64,000 bases of DNA from Microgenomates group bacterium GW2011_GWF2_46_18. Its GTDB lineage: Bacteria; Patescibacteriota; Microgenomatia; UBA1400; UBA12108. A program made the translations under genes and the position numbers. The stretch covers positions 33,999 to 97,998 of the forward strand of contig LCMB01000001.1 of NCBI GenBank assembly GCA_001002415.1, written 5' to 3'. Each line of letters opens with the position of its first letter. Position 1 is the stretch's first letter. The notes beneath the pieces were generated by a model. That model did no database searches. It saw only the letters and a program-made list of their open reading frames with translations, and was not told the origin of the DNA. Shown here in pieces: positions 48,100 to 56,597 of the stretch.

Positions 48100-50049
48100 T
48101 TACAGGGTTGTGGGGGATGGATAGGCGGAAATGAGTGGAACAGGAATGGGAGTGGGGGTTGGAGTAGGAGTTAGTTTGGGAGTGGGGGTTGGAGTAGGTT
48201 TTGGAGTGGGAGTTGGCAGAGTAGTAAGTTTGTATTGAAAGTAACCATTGCAGTTCAGCCATTCAGAACGAGCATAACGAGGGGCACATTTGCCGTCAGG
48301 ACTTTTGGTACCAGTAGAGAAAGTAACAGCACTTTCACTTTGAAAAACTTTGCCGTCAATGGTTATTAAATTAACCCGTAAATCTCGTTTGCTAAAATCG
48401 TTGGTAAAGGCGACTTGAAGTTTGTCGGTAGGCAAAATTTTTGTAGGGTGAGTGTAGGTAAATTTTTGAAAAGTGCGAAGAAATGGATTACCACGAACGT
48501 TTTTCCATTGCATGACTGTGCGACCATTAATCCGTAAGGCCATGGTGGGATAAAGGTCAGCATATTTGGTCCCAGCGGCGAGAATAGTAATCGTACTTTT
48601 CTGGGTGGTGAGAGAACAATCTTTGGGACATGATATGGGAGTTTCGGGACAAGGACAGCCGGTGCCGAGACAAACAATTTCTTCACAGGTACCATTGCCA
48701 CAGGTGTTCTTGCAGATAATCGAAGGACTCGGTGAGGGGAAAGTTGAGGGAATGGGTGGAAGAGAAGGTTGGGTTTTGAAAGCTAAAAGTTTGAGGTTTT
48801 TGAACACAAGATATCCCTGGTATTTACCTGAAGTGCTGGTTAAGACAAAACGATTAATAAACCTAGGTTCACCATACCAACCCATGCCGTTACGATGATC
48901 ATAGTAGATCCAATCACCGGGAGTTTTGCCATCGTAGGTACGGATTTGAGAAACACCCCATTGTTTGAGAGTACCATTGGTAGTCGCGACGTCTTCGGCA
49001 TAAAAATAGATATTAAGCCGCATCTCGCGGTCTTTCTCATGCCAGGTCGTTTCGAGGGTGGTGTAGTTGGGATTGCCTGGGTCAGAATGGAGGGTAACTT
49101 GGGTGTTACGACTATCAAAACGGACGCCGTCAGCGACTAAGTAAAAATCATCGGCAGATAGAGACACCTGGGGAGTTTCCCAAGAAACCTGATTGGGGGG
49201 AGAAGTGGGGACGGTTGATTCGACAAAGACTAAACCATCTCCGACAGGGGTTCCGGCGTGGGTTTGCCAATTCATCCCATTAAGATAATCGTTGTTCAGT
49301 TCGTAGCTGGCGATGATGCCGGGTTGCCAAATGGGCTCGCTGGGAATATCAAAATCGTGGGCGTATTTAGGCTGATCATAGATATAAATGTTGTCCAGTT
49401 TACCGAGAAAAACATTGTTGAGAGTAAGATTGTCGATGGGTTGAGAATTGTATCCTCCTAGAGTAAAAACGAGTCTGGAGTGTTTGGGGGAAGTGGAGCT
49501 AGTGGTAGTGGTGGCAATGATTTTCCCGTTAAGGAAAATTTTTACCCCTCGCAAGTCTCTTTGAAAAACTACGTGGTGCCAAGAGTTGGGGGTGACAACA
49601 AAAGGAGTGCGAAGTTCACGAGGACCAGATTCTTCCCAGTACCAACCAACAAGACTGCCCTTACCTTCGTTAAAATCGGCATTGCCCTGAAGGGAAAGTG
49701 AGGTTTGAATCCCACTATTATTACTGGGTTGGGAAAAAATATAGCGATCTTCTGATTGGGATGTGAAAGAATTGGGATAAATCCAAGCTTCAAAGGTAAA
49801 AGAACCGTCGGAAATTAGGGGGGGAAGGATGACGGCAGAGTTTTGATCGGTGATTTCAAGGGCTTGTTTAAATGGTTGGACTCCAGCGATTTCAGCGATT
49901 CGAGCAGGTTGAGAGAAACTGCGGTAGAGATAGACAAAAAGAGTTCCCAAGAGTAGAAGTAGCAGAAGAACAAACCAGGGTGCTTTAAAATTTAACTTGT
50001 GAGATCGGGATTTTTTGAGAAGGCGGCGCTTTTTTGATTTGGCGGGCAT
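48100..50049 (-). CDS. membrane-anchored surface protein with LamG-like, Cys-rich and CBM-like modules and a TP-repeat tail
   Basis: The track ORF starts at a TTG at 50091; I prefer the ATG at 50049. Basic N-terminus plus TM, a LamG-like stretch ([11 protein letters not shown]...WHHVVFQRD...[10 protein letters not shown]), [23 protein letters not shown], a beta-rich C-terminal module, and [22 protein letters not shown]. Confidence 0.55.
   Translation of the reverse strand: MPAKSKKRRLLKKSRSHKLNFKAPWFVLLLLLLLGTLFVYLYRSFSQPARIAEIAGVQPFKQALEITDQNSAVILPPLISDGSFTFEAWIYPNSFTSQSEDRYIFSQPSNNSGIQTSLSLQGNADFNEGKGSLVGWYWEESGPRELRTPFVVTPNSWHHVVFQRDLRGVKIFLNGKIIATTTTSSTSPKHSRLVFTLGGYNSQPIDNLTLNNVFLGKLDNIYIYDQPKYAHDFDIPSEPIWQPGIIASYELNNDYLNGMNWQTHAGTPVGDGLVFVESTVPTSPPNQVSWETPQVSLSADDFYLVADGVRFDSRNTQVTLHSDPGNPNYTTLETTWHEKDREMRLNIYFYAEDVATTNGTLKQWGVSQIRTYDGKTPGDWIYYDHRNGMGWYGEPRFINRFVLTSTSGKYQGYLVFKNLKLLAFKTQPSLPPIPSTFPSPSPSIICKNTCGNGTCEEIVCLGTGCPCPETPISCPKDCSLTTQKSTITILAAGTKYADLYPTMALRINGRTVMQWKNVRGNPFLRTFQKFTYTHPTKILPTDKLQVAFTNDFSKRDLRVNLITIDGKVFQSESAVTFSTGTKSPDGKCAPRYARSEWLNCNGYFQYKLTTLPTPTPKPTPTPTPKLTPTPTPTPIPVPLISAYPSPTTL
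48148..48198. repeat. 30-nt-period tandem repeat encoding the Thr-Pro tail
   Basis: The 21-mer GGGAGTGGGGGTTGGAGTAGG occurs at 48148-48168 and again at 48178-48198, inside the 3' end of the surface-protein gene. Confidence 0.8.
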
Positions 50050-50100
50050 GATTTGATGGTAGGAGGTTGAGAGGGAGCTGTCAACTAGCAACTGAAAAGG

Positions 50101-50943
50101 TTAGTTAGACTTACTGCCTTTGAAAATTTTGGGCTGGAGCCAGTCCTCTTTGATGGAAGCGGGAGTGGTGTTATCAATAATCGGCATGTCGGCGACAATT
50201 TTGGCTTCACGTACGGGAATGGTCGCAGTTTGGCGGCGAGCGCCAGCGCGATACAGAATAGCGAGAGCTTCGAAGGTGTCAGCTGTTAAGTTGGGAGCAG
50301 AGAGTCCACTGGTGGCTGCCTCGATTCCTTGCATAAGGTTATTGGCAATATCAATATCGAGAGGAAGGGAGAGTTCTTTAATGAGGGCGGTAATTAATTC
50401 GGAATTGCTACTGGCGGGATCGGTCAAATTGACGGCGCCAAAACTACCGACCTGACTACTGATGTTAATAATTTTGTCTTGGACAAACAGAGTATTTTCC
50501 CGCTCGGCCAAAGCGCCGAGATCACGGAGGTCAGAGGCACCAAGGATGATGACAAGATCAGCGACCGCTCCTGAATAAGAAAAAGTCACGTCTTTTTCGG
50601 TTACGGGAGCAACCCCAGTACGAGGATTGATGATCAAGTTGAGATGACCACCTTCGGTGTTACTGGTTACCTTGTCGACCGCGTCTTCGGGAACATTGAG
50701 GGTGATAACCAAGTTATTACCTCCCAAGTCGGTAGTGATTTTGTCGAGGCCAACCAAGTGTGAATCGCGAACGGTCGGGGGAGTACTGGTAACGATGGAG
50801 ACGGCTTTACCAGATTGCTTAAGGGAGAGATACAGGGCTAAACTGGCGGCCACGACGTCTTGACTGGCGACAGCAGGGAAAGTCAAAAGGAGACTACTCG
50901 CTAAATCGAGTTTAGTTTTGAGAGCTGAAAGCTGATCGTTCAT
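50101..50943 (-). CDS. DHH-domain-like protein with substituted catalytic motifs
   Basis: 280 aa. The layout resembles the NrnA-type DHH domain (SLALYLSLKQSGKAVSIV, LVIILGASD, GIEAATSGL...TFEALAILYRAGA). The DHH position reads SSQ, and I see no DHHA1/GGGH module. Confidence 0.45.
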   Translation of the reverse strand: MNDQLSALKTKLDLASSLLLTFPAVASQDVVAASLALYLSLKQSGKAVSIVTSTPPTVRDSHLVGLDKITTDLGGNNLVITLNVPEDAVDKVTSNTEGGHLNLIINPRTGVAPVTEKDVTFSYSGAVADLVIILGASDLRDLGALAERENTLFVQDKIINISSQVGSFGAVNLTDPASSNSELITALIKELSLPLDIDIANNLMQGIEAATSGLSAPNLTADTFEALAILYRAGARRQTATIPVREAKIVADMPIIDNTTPASIKEDWLQPKIFKGSKSN

Positions 50944-50946
50944 AGG

Positions 50947-52410
50947 TTAATCTTCGGTATTTATTTTCTTATAGGATATTATAAGGTCTTTTTCTTTGAT
51001 GTCAAGATTGGGGGAAAAAAGCAGACCACATTCATGACCGGTCTCGACTTTTTTGACCTCTTCTCTGCCTAGCCGAATACTGCGAATTTTGGCATCTTTG
51101 CTCACTTCACTGCGGACAAGGTGGATGGTGTCGCCAGTTTCAAAACGACCAGAGTCGACGCGGGTTCCGGCAATATGACTTCCATCAATATCAAAAGTTT
51201 TGAGGACGACTCCCCTACCCAATTCTTCTTCATCGATAGTTGGTTCCATGAGTTTAAAGACTTTCTTTTCCAAATAATCGAGAAGTTCGTAGATGATCGT
51301 AAAGCTTTTGACAGCAACCCCTTCGGCTTCGGCAAGTTTTTGGACACTACTAGGGATCCGAACGGCAAAGCCCAAGACGAGAGCTTGAGTCGAGATGGCG
51401 TGAAGAATATCGCTTTCAGTTAAGTCTCCGGTTCCGACGGTAATGATGTTGATTTCGGGGGTAAAACTGGCTTCAATGGCTTCGAGAGACCCAAGGGTGT
51501 CAGCACGGAGGATGAGGTTGAGACGATTGGGAGCCACGCCGTCGCCAGAGGCTATGGCGGGCGAGGCAATGTCGTCACTAGGGGCCATGGCGGGTTCGGG
51601 GGGCAAAGCCACCGAGCGAATAATTTCACCGACAGCGGGAAGAATTTTGAAACCAAGGATCTGGACGGGCATGCCGGGAGTAGCGAAAGGAATAGACTTA
51701 CCCAAATCATTAAACAAAGCCCGCACCCGACCGCCAACTATATCTTGACCAACTTTGATAGTACCTTCGCGAACGATAATGGAGACAAGGGGACCGCGGG
51801 TTGAATCAAGTTTGGCTTCGATGACGGGGGCAACGAGAGGAACGTCTGGGGAAGAGACTAGTTCTTCGAGTTCTGCCAAAAGGAGAATGGTTTCGAGGAG
51901 AGAATCTACCCCCAGGCCGGTTTTGCCCGAAATGAGCACAAAAGGAGTGTTCCCTCCATAACCTTCGACAAAAACTTGGTGCTCGGTCAATTGGGCTTTG
52001 ACACTATCGGGATTACTCCCCTCTTTGTCGACTTTATTAATGGCCACAACAAAAGGAATGGCGGCTTTTTGAATATGTTTGATGCTCTCGATAGTTTGGG
52101 GCATGACACCATCGCCGGCATCGACAACGAGGACAGCAATATCAGCAACTCCAGCACCGCGAGAACGCATGCGGTTAAAGGCAGCATGACCAGGAGTATC
52201 AATAAAGGTTAGGGGGTGACCACGAAAGTCAACTTGATAAGCACCGATCTTCTGGGTGATTCCTCCGGCCTCGCGGGCGGCAACGTGGGTGCTGCGAATA
52301 TAGTCAAGGAGGGTGGTTTTGCCGTGATCAACGTGCCCTAGAATTGCCACAATTGGCGGACGAGACGGTACAGAAGATTTTTGAGGTAGAGGTGTTTTTT
52401 GTTTCTTCAT
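50947..52410 (-). CDS. infB: translation initiation factor IF-2, short form
   Basis: 487 aa. It begins about 15 aa before the G domain ([21 protein letters not shown]) and has no long N-terminal region. Confidence 0.95.
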   Translation of the reverse strand: MKKQKTPLPQKSSVPSRPPIVAILGHVDHGKTTLLDYIRSTHVAAREAGGITQKIGAYQVDFRGHPLTFIDTPGHAAFNRMRSRGAGVADIAVLVVDAGDGVMPQTIESIKHIQKAAIPFVVAINKVDKEGSNPDSVKAQLTEHQVFVEGYGGNTPFVLISGKTGLGVDSLLETILLLAELEELVSSPDVPLVAPVIEAKLDSTRGPLVSIIVREGTIKVGQDIVGGRVRALFNDLGKSIPFATPGMPVQILGFKILPAVGEIIRSVALPPEPAMAPSDDIASPAIASGDGVAPNRLNLILRADTLGSLEAIEASFTPEINIITVGTGDLTESDILHAISTQALVLGFAVRIPSSVQKLAEAEGVAVKSFTIIYELLDYLEKKVFKLMEPTIDEEELGRGVVLKTFDIDGSHIAGTRVDSGRFETGDTIHLVRSEVSKDAKIRSIRLGREEVKKVETGHECGLLFSPNLDIKEKDLIISYKKINTED

Positions 52411-52428
52411 ACGACATAGTTGCCCAGC

Positions 52429-53664
52429 TTATTTGGACTCAGCGGCACGGTCGGCGAGATAGTGAGCCATTTTTTCGGCTTCTTCGCGAGCCATGTTTTG
52501 TTTTTTGTACCAACGGGTAATTGCTTTGCCGGTCTCTTCGAAGGCACGGGGATCAAGCTCGGTTAGTTGATCTTTGAGCGAAGGCAATTTTTCTTCGAGG
52601 GCTTTGATCGTGGTAATCTTGAGGTCAAGCAAGGTATTTCTAACTTTGCTACCCAAGCCCAGTTGATCGATCTCAAAATCTTCGGTACCCGTAACGGTCA
52701 CAGTGTCTTTGATGGTTTCACCCTTGATATCAATCTTGTAGCCGGTCAACTTGGCAGCCAGACGGGCGTTTTGACCGCCGCGGCCAATAGCCAAACTAAG
52801 CTGGTCGTCTGGGACGGTGACCGTAACTTTGCGTTTTTTGTCATCGATTTTGACGTCAAGCCCCTCGGCGGGAGCAAGCGCGGATTTGACAAATTCGGCC
52901 AAATTATCAGAATATTCGACAATGTCGATTTTTTCACCATTTAACTCGTTGATGACCGCTTGAACACGGACACCTTTTTGGCCCACACAAGAGCCGACGG
53001 GGTCAACCCCATCTTCGTTGCTCTTGACGGCAATTTTGGTGCGATGACCACTTTCGCGGGCGATGGCGACAATCTCGACAGATTTACTACCGACTTCGGG
53101 AACTTCACGAGCAAATAATTCTTGAACTAATTCGGGGGCGGACCGGCTAACAATGATAGCTTGTCCTTTGTAGGTGTCACGGATTTCTTTGATGTAGACA
53201 GCGACGCGTTGATTGAGACGGTAAAATTCGTTGGTAATGGTTTCGGTTAGGGGCATGATAGCTTGGCCACGACCAATATCTACGACCACGTTGGGGCCAT
53301 CGAAGCGAAGGATCATCCCGGTGACCAAAGTGCCGATTTTATCCTGATATTCGGTAATAATGGCGTCCTTTTCGGCTTCGCGAACACGTTGCATGATGAC
53401 TTGTTTGGCGACTTGAGCGGCGATCCGACCAAAGCCGGCGGGGGTGGCATCTTGGCCATCTTTTTCAACCGCAATAGCTCCGGTATCTTCGTTGACGCTC
53501 ACAGCGTAACCAACGAGAACCTCTTCTTCGGCAACGCCGAGATCTCGTTTGAGGGCGGCGAGAATAGCCTGTTTGATAGACTCAATAACAACTTTGGGGT
53601 CGATGCCACGTTCAGCACAGATTTGGTTAAGGGCGAGGGCAAATTCTGATTTTACTTGACTCAT
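52429..53664 (-). CDS. nusA: transcription termination/antitermination factor NusA
   Basis: The track ORF extends to 53733. I prefer the Met at 53664 (MSQVKSEFALALNQ), preceded by GGAGGA. S1 and KH1/KH2 domains (GVDPVGSCVGQKGVR, AIGRGGQNARLA) and a C-terminal HhH-like region. Confidence 0.93.
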   Translation of the reverse strand: MSQVKSEFALALNQICAERGIDPKVVIESIKQAILAALKRDLGVAEEEVLVGYAVSVNEDTGAIAVEKDGQDATPAGFGRIAAQVAKQVIMQRVREAEKDAIITEYQDKIGTLVTGMILRFDGPNVVVDIGRGQAIMPLTETITNEFYRLNQRVAVYIKEIRDTYKGQAIIVSRSAPELVQELFAREVPEVGSKSVEIVAIARESGHRTKIAVKSNEDGVDPVGSCVGQKGVRVQAVINELNGEKIDIVEYSDNLAEFVKSALAPAEGLDVKIDDKKRKVTVTVPDDQLSLAIGRGGQNARLAAKLTGYKIDIKGETIKDTVTVTGTEDFEIDQLGLGSKVRNTLLDLKITTIKALEEKLPSLKDQLTELDPRAFEETGKAITRWYKKQNMAREEAEKMAHYLADRAAESK

Positions 53665-53712
53665 AGTTCCTCCATTTGGGTTAGGGTTATGACTAATTTT
53701 GGTTGTTTGTGC

Positions 53713-53737
53713 AAAAAAAGGTGGGAACCCCACCTTT
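53713..53737 (-). terminator. rho-independent terminator
   Basis: Minus strand reads AAAGGTGGG-GTT-CCCACCTTT followed by further Ts, giving a T7 run in total. It lies 49 nt upstream of the nusA ATG and 68 nt downstream of the lipoprotein stop. Confidence 0.65.
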
Positions 53738-53763
53738 CACGTATGCACACTACAACAGGTGTG

Positions 53764-53772
53764 ATTATAACA
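53764..53772 (-). promoter_or_regulatory. candidate extended -10 promoter (TGTTATAAT)
   Basis: A perfect TGnTATAAT on the minus strand, 26 nt upstream of the terminator hairpin. I see no good -35. Confidence 0.4.
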
Positions 53773-53805
53773 CCCGCCTACGCATAAAGCTACGGCGGGC
53801 AAGCA

Positions 53806-54045
53806 CTACTCTAGATTGGAGAAGTCTTCGTCTAAGATTACGGTGTTATTGAGATCGGTTTCGAGACTGGTGGCATCACTACTGGAACTAACCGGCTCGG
53901 TGGACTCGAGGGCGGAGTCAGGAGTCGGGGTAGTTGTGGCAATGGGTGAGCCGGTAGTTGATTCTCCCCCGGAGGGAATTAGGTTAGATAGGGAGCAACC
54001 ACCCAATAAAAGAGCACAAAAGCCGACTAGAATTAGTTTATTCAT
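53806..54045 (-). CDS. small lipoprotein
   Basis: 79 aa. Signal peptide with a lipobox (LLLGGC), then an S/T/P-rich acidic mature part. Confidence 0.6.
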   Translation of the reverse strand: MNKLILVGFCALLLGGCSLSNLIPSGGESTTGSPIATTTPTPDSALESTEPVSSSSDATSLETDLNNTVILDEDFSNLE

Positions 54046-54629
54046 AGGGAGTTCTCCACTCCAGCGCTACTGGCAGGTAGGGCCGGTTTACTAATGGTTT
54101 TAAGTTCCTTGAGGGCATCCTTGAGTAGTTGGTGAGCTTCCTGGAAAAGCTGCTTGGCAGAGAGCGCAAGATCTTTGGCAGCTAAAAGTTCGGTCTTTTG
54201 CTCGGCAAATTTGGCGGGATCGATAGCCTGAAAAGCGGCAATAGCGTCGTTCCCCTTGGCCTTGGCAGCGGTTAATTTGGCTTCGGCAAGATCTAGTTTG
54301 GCTTCAATACTCGTCACGGTTTTTCCGGCAGTGCGCAAAATTTCGAGGCGAGCGCGGAAGCGAATAATGATGTTAGTCAAGCGATCAAAGTAAAACTGAA
54401 AGCGACGAGTTAAACGGTTGGCGTGATTTTCGGCCACCTGGGATCTGATTTGTTGCCGTTCAGCTTGGATTTCTTGAATTTCAGCTTGACGAACTTCCCT
54501 AATTTCATCACGGCGTCTCAGGGGAGAGGCTTCGATCGAAGCGTCTTGGGCGAGAGCGGGGAGGGCAATACTGAAGAAAATGAAGGAGAGTACAAAGAGC
54601 CAAGTAGTTTTTTTGAACGACATAAACAA
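54042..54629 (-). CDS. secreted coiled-coil protein
   Basis: 195 aa. Signal peptide (ALPALAQD) followed by a long helical A/K/E/Q/R-rich sequence. GGAGG SD. Confidence 0.45.
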   Translation of the reverse strand: MFMSFKKTTWLFVLSFIFFSIALPALAQDASIEASPLRRRDEIREVRQAEIQEIQAERQQIRSQVAENHANRLTRRFQFYFDRLTNIIIRFRARLEILRTAGKTVTSIEAKLDLAEAKLTAAKAKGNDAIAAFQAIDPAKFAEQKTELLAAKDLALSAKQLFQEAHQLLKDALKELKTISKPALPASSAGVENSL

Positions 54630-54674
54630 CCTCCTTTTTTCTATAAGTTGGTTATAACAGAATCAAGAGGGATG

Positions 54675-55682
54675 TCAATCTGGCAGAGTAATAGTAAAAG
54701 TGCGAGTTTGTTCGGTTTTATTCCCTCTGGCATCGGTAATTTTGACGCTATAGGTGTGGGTGGTGTTGTGCTCATTGGCAAAACAGTACCTAGTACCAGT
54801 AAAAGCAGTCCAGTCGGCCGAGTCGACTTTTTGTTCGATTTTGAGAGCGGAGACCAAAGTCACATTGTCAGAAATATATTGGGGGAAGAGACAAACTCCG
54901 GTAGTACCCTCGTAAACAGGACCCATCAAAGTAAAGTTGGGAGGGATATTGTCCGCTAGGTTGGTCCAGTCTACCCGAGCCAAGTCGTTGGCATAATTTC
55001 CCTCTTTTAATGAACGGGTGGGATTAAGGACAAGTTTGGCAGTGTGAGCACCGAGTGCGGTCGTGACATCGTGGCACCAGTCATAAATTCTGCCAGCTTC
55101 CATAATGCCAATACTAGAAAAATTATCTTGGACTTCGGTTACATTGTCGAGAGAAAAGGTGTAATTGATCAGCGCGCCGTCTAGTTTTTCGTTGGCAATA
55201 AGATGATAACAGACGGTAACACGAGGAGACCAGCTAGAGGGAAGTTCATCAAATTGACCAGTTTGAATACTACTGTATTCTCGGTTAATTACCCGCCCAG
55301 TGCCGGAGCCATCATCAAAGGTCTGTTTGATGTTGGCACTCGGGTTGCCAAAGCGAAGATCAAGATTTATGGGGGTAAAACTGGGAATGGTCGGAAGAGG
55401 AGATGGTTTGGAGGTGGGTTTAAGGGATGGTTTGAGAGAGGGCTTGGGAGAAGATTTGGGAGAAGCCGAAGGGGTTGCACTCACTGAGGGGGTGGGAGAG
55501 ACGATGGGGGAAGGAGAGGGAGAAGAATTAATTTCTGATTTTAATTTGGTGAGATAGTAAAAACCGCCAAGCCCGCCGGCTAACAGAAAAACGAAGAGAC
55601 TACCTAATAAGAGTGGCCAAAGGGGAAAACTCCGCCTGGGAGGAGTAACGGGGAGGATGGGGGTAGTTTCTAGTTCGGACAT
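54675..55682 (-). CDS. membrane-anchored surface protein with S/P-rich linker and CARDB-like/Ig-like C-terminal region
   Basis: 335 aa. N-terminal TM, then SPSPSPIVSPTPSVSATPSASPKSSPKPSLKPSLKPTSKPSP, then beta-rich domains. GAHTAKLVLNPTRSLKEGNYAND resembles CARDB motifs. Confidence 0.45.
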   Translation of the reverse strand: MSELETTPILPVTPPRRSFPLWPLLLGSLFVFLLAGGLGGFYYLTKLKSEINSSPSPSPIVSPTPSVSATPSASPKSSPKPSLKPSLKPTSKPSPLPTIPSFTPINLDLRFGNPSANIKQTFDDGSGTGRVINREYSSIQTGQFDELPSSWSPRVTVCYHLIANEKLDGALINYTFSLDNVTEVQDNFSSIGIMEAGRIYDWCHDVTTALGAHTAKLVLNPTRSLKEGNYANDLARVDWTNLADNIPPNFTLMGPVYEGTTGVCLFPQYISDNVTLVSALKIEQKVDSADWTAFTGTRYCFANEHNTTHTYSVKITDARGNKTEQTRTFTITLPD

Positions 55683-55690
55683 GACAAGAT

Positions 55691-56569
55691 TTAGTATAGT
55701 TCAGCATGGAGCTGTTGTACAAGCTCTTTGCCACGACGAGATAGTTTGGTGGGGAACATCACCTTAAATTTGATGTAAAGATCACCGCGGCCGCTTCTTT
55801 GCAAGTGTTTGACACCTTTGCCGGAAAGCCGGATGCTAGTGCTGGGCTGAGTAAGCGGACGAACTTTGATAGTTAATTTGCCTTCGAGAGTGGGGATCTC
55901 GGTTTCTCCTCCTTGGATAGCCAGGGTGAACGGAATAGCGTGGAGAAGAAACAGATCATCTCCTTCTCGGCGGAAGGTAGAGTCGGGACGGACATTAAGG
56001 GAAATATCAAACTCGGAATAGCGAATCCTGGTTCCATCACTGGCCCCGGCGGGGATTTTGACAGTGTATTGTTTACCCTGGTGGACAAAGGTTTTTTCCG
56101 CACCGCGGACTGCTTCAAGAAAATCGATGGTTAAACTGTAGTGGGGTTTGGGACGGTAACTTCCGCCAAAAGGATTACTCCCACCAAAGAAAGATTCAAA
56201 AATATTAAAGGGGTCAGAGAAGCCTTGGCCTTGGGTACCACCAAAAAGATCTTCAAAGCCACCACCTGTGGAATAGGTGTAGGTAAAGGGACCAGAACGA
56301 TAACTTTGTCCCCCACCCCCATAGTTACCAAAACCAGAAGAGGGATCGAAAGCGGCATGACCAAATTGATCGAATTTGGCACGTTTATCGGCTGAGCTTA
56401 AAACTTCGTAGGCTTCGTTAATTTCTTTGAATTTGGCTTCGGCACCGGGCTCTTTGTTGCGGTCTGGGTGCCATTTGAGGGCAAGTTTCCGATAGGCACT
56501 TTTGAGTTCAGCGTCGGAGGCCTTCCGGCTGACTCCCAAAACTTCATAATAATCGCGTTTAGAGCTCAT
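55691..56569 (-). CDS. dnaJ: DnaJ-family co-chaperone, class B-like (no zinc-finger domain)
   Basis: 292 aa. J domain with HPD ([13 protein letters not shown]), a G/F-rich region and C-terminal substrate-binding domains. It has no Cys at all, so there is no CxxCxGxG repeat. Confidence 0.87.
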   Translation of the reverse strand: MSSKRDYYEVLGVSRKASDAELKSAYRKLALKWHPDRNKEPGAEAKFKEINEAYEVLSSADKRAKFDQFGHAAFDPSSGFGNYGGGGQSYRSGPFTYTYSTGGGFEDLFGGTQGQGFSDPFNIFESFFGGSNPFGGSYRPKPHYSLTIDFLEAVRGAEKTFVHQGKQYTVKIPAGASDGTRIRYSEFDISLNVRPDSTFRREGDDLFLLHAIPFTLAIQGGETEIPTLEGKLTIKVRPLTQPSTSIRLSGKGVKHLQRSGRGDLYIKFKVMFPTKLSRRGKELVQQLHAELY

Positions 56570-56570
56570 G

Positions 56571-56597
56571 GTAGCAATTTTAACACGAGAGTGCTAA
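56571..56597 (-). promoter_or_regulatory. CIRCE-like inverted repeat with embedded extended -10, abutting the dnaJ start
   Basis: Minus strand reads TTAGCACTC-tcgtgttaa-AATTGCTAC-c-ATG. The left arm matches the CIRCE half-site 9/9 and the right arm 6/9. TGTTAAAAT lies inside it, 7 nt before the ATG. Confidence 0.45.

Noticed and set aside
48127-48215. Short tandem DNA repeats considered as a possible CRISPR or other non-coding array
   Set aside because: There are only two full copies with a 30-nt period. They lie in-frame inside a CDS, encode a Thr-Pro tail, and have no unique spacers or nearby cas genes.
53665-53805. tRNA or other structured ncRNA genes in the larger gaps (also 31369-31494, 18255-18356, 1-140)
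   Set aside because: I could fold no cloverleaf-compatible arms or conserved T-loop/anticodon features. The hairpins are better explained as terminator or leader elements. A covariance-model scan was not possible.
54423-54959. 178-aa plus-strand ORF spanning an intergenic gap
   Set aside because: It runs antisense across two minus-strand genes that have signal-peptide or TM features and an SD. I see no motifs.
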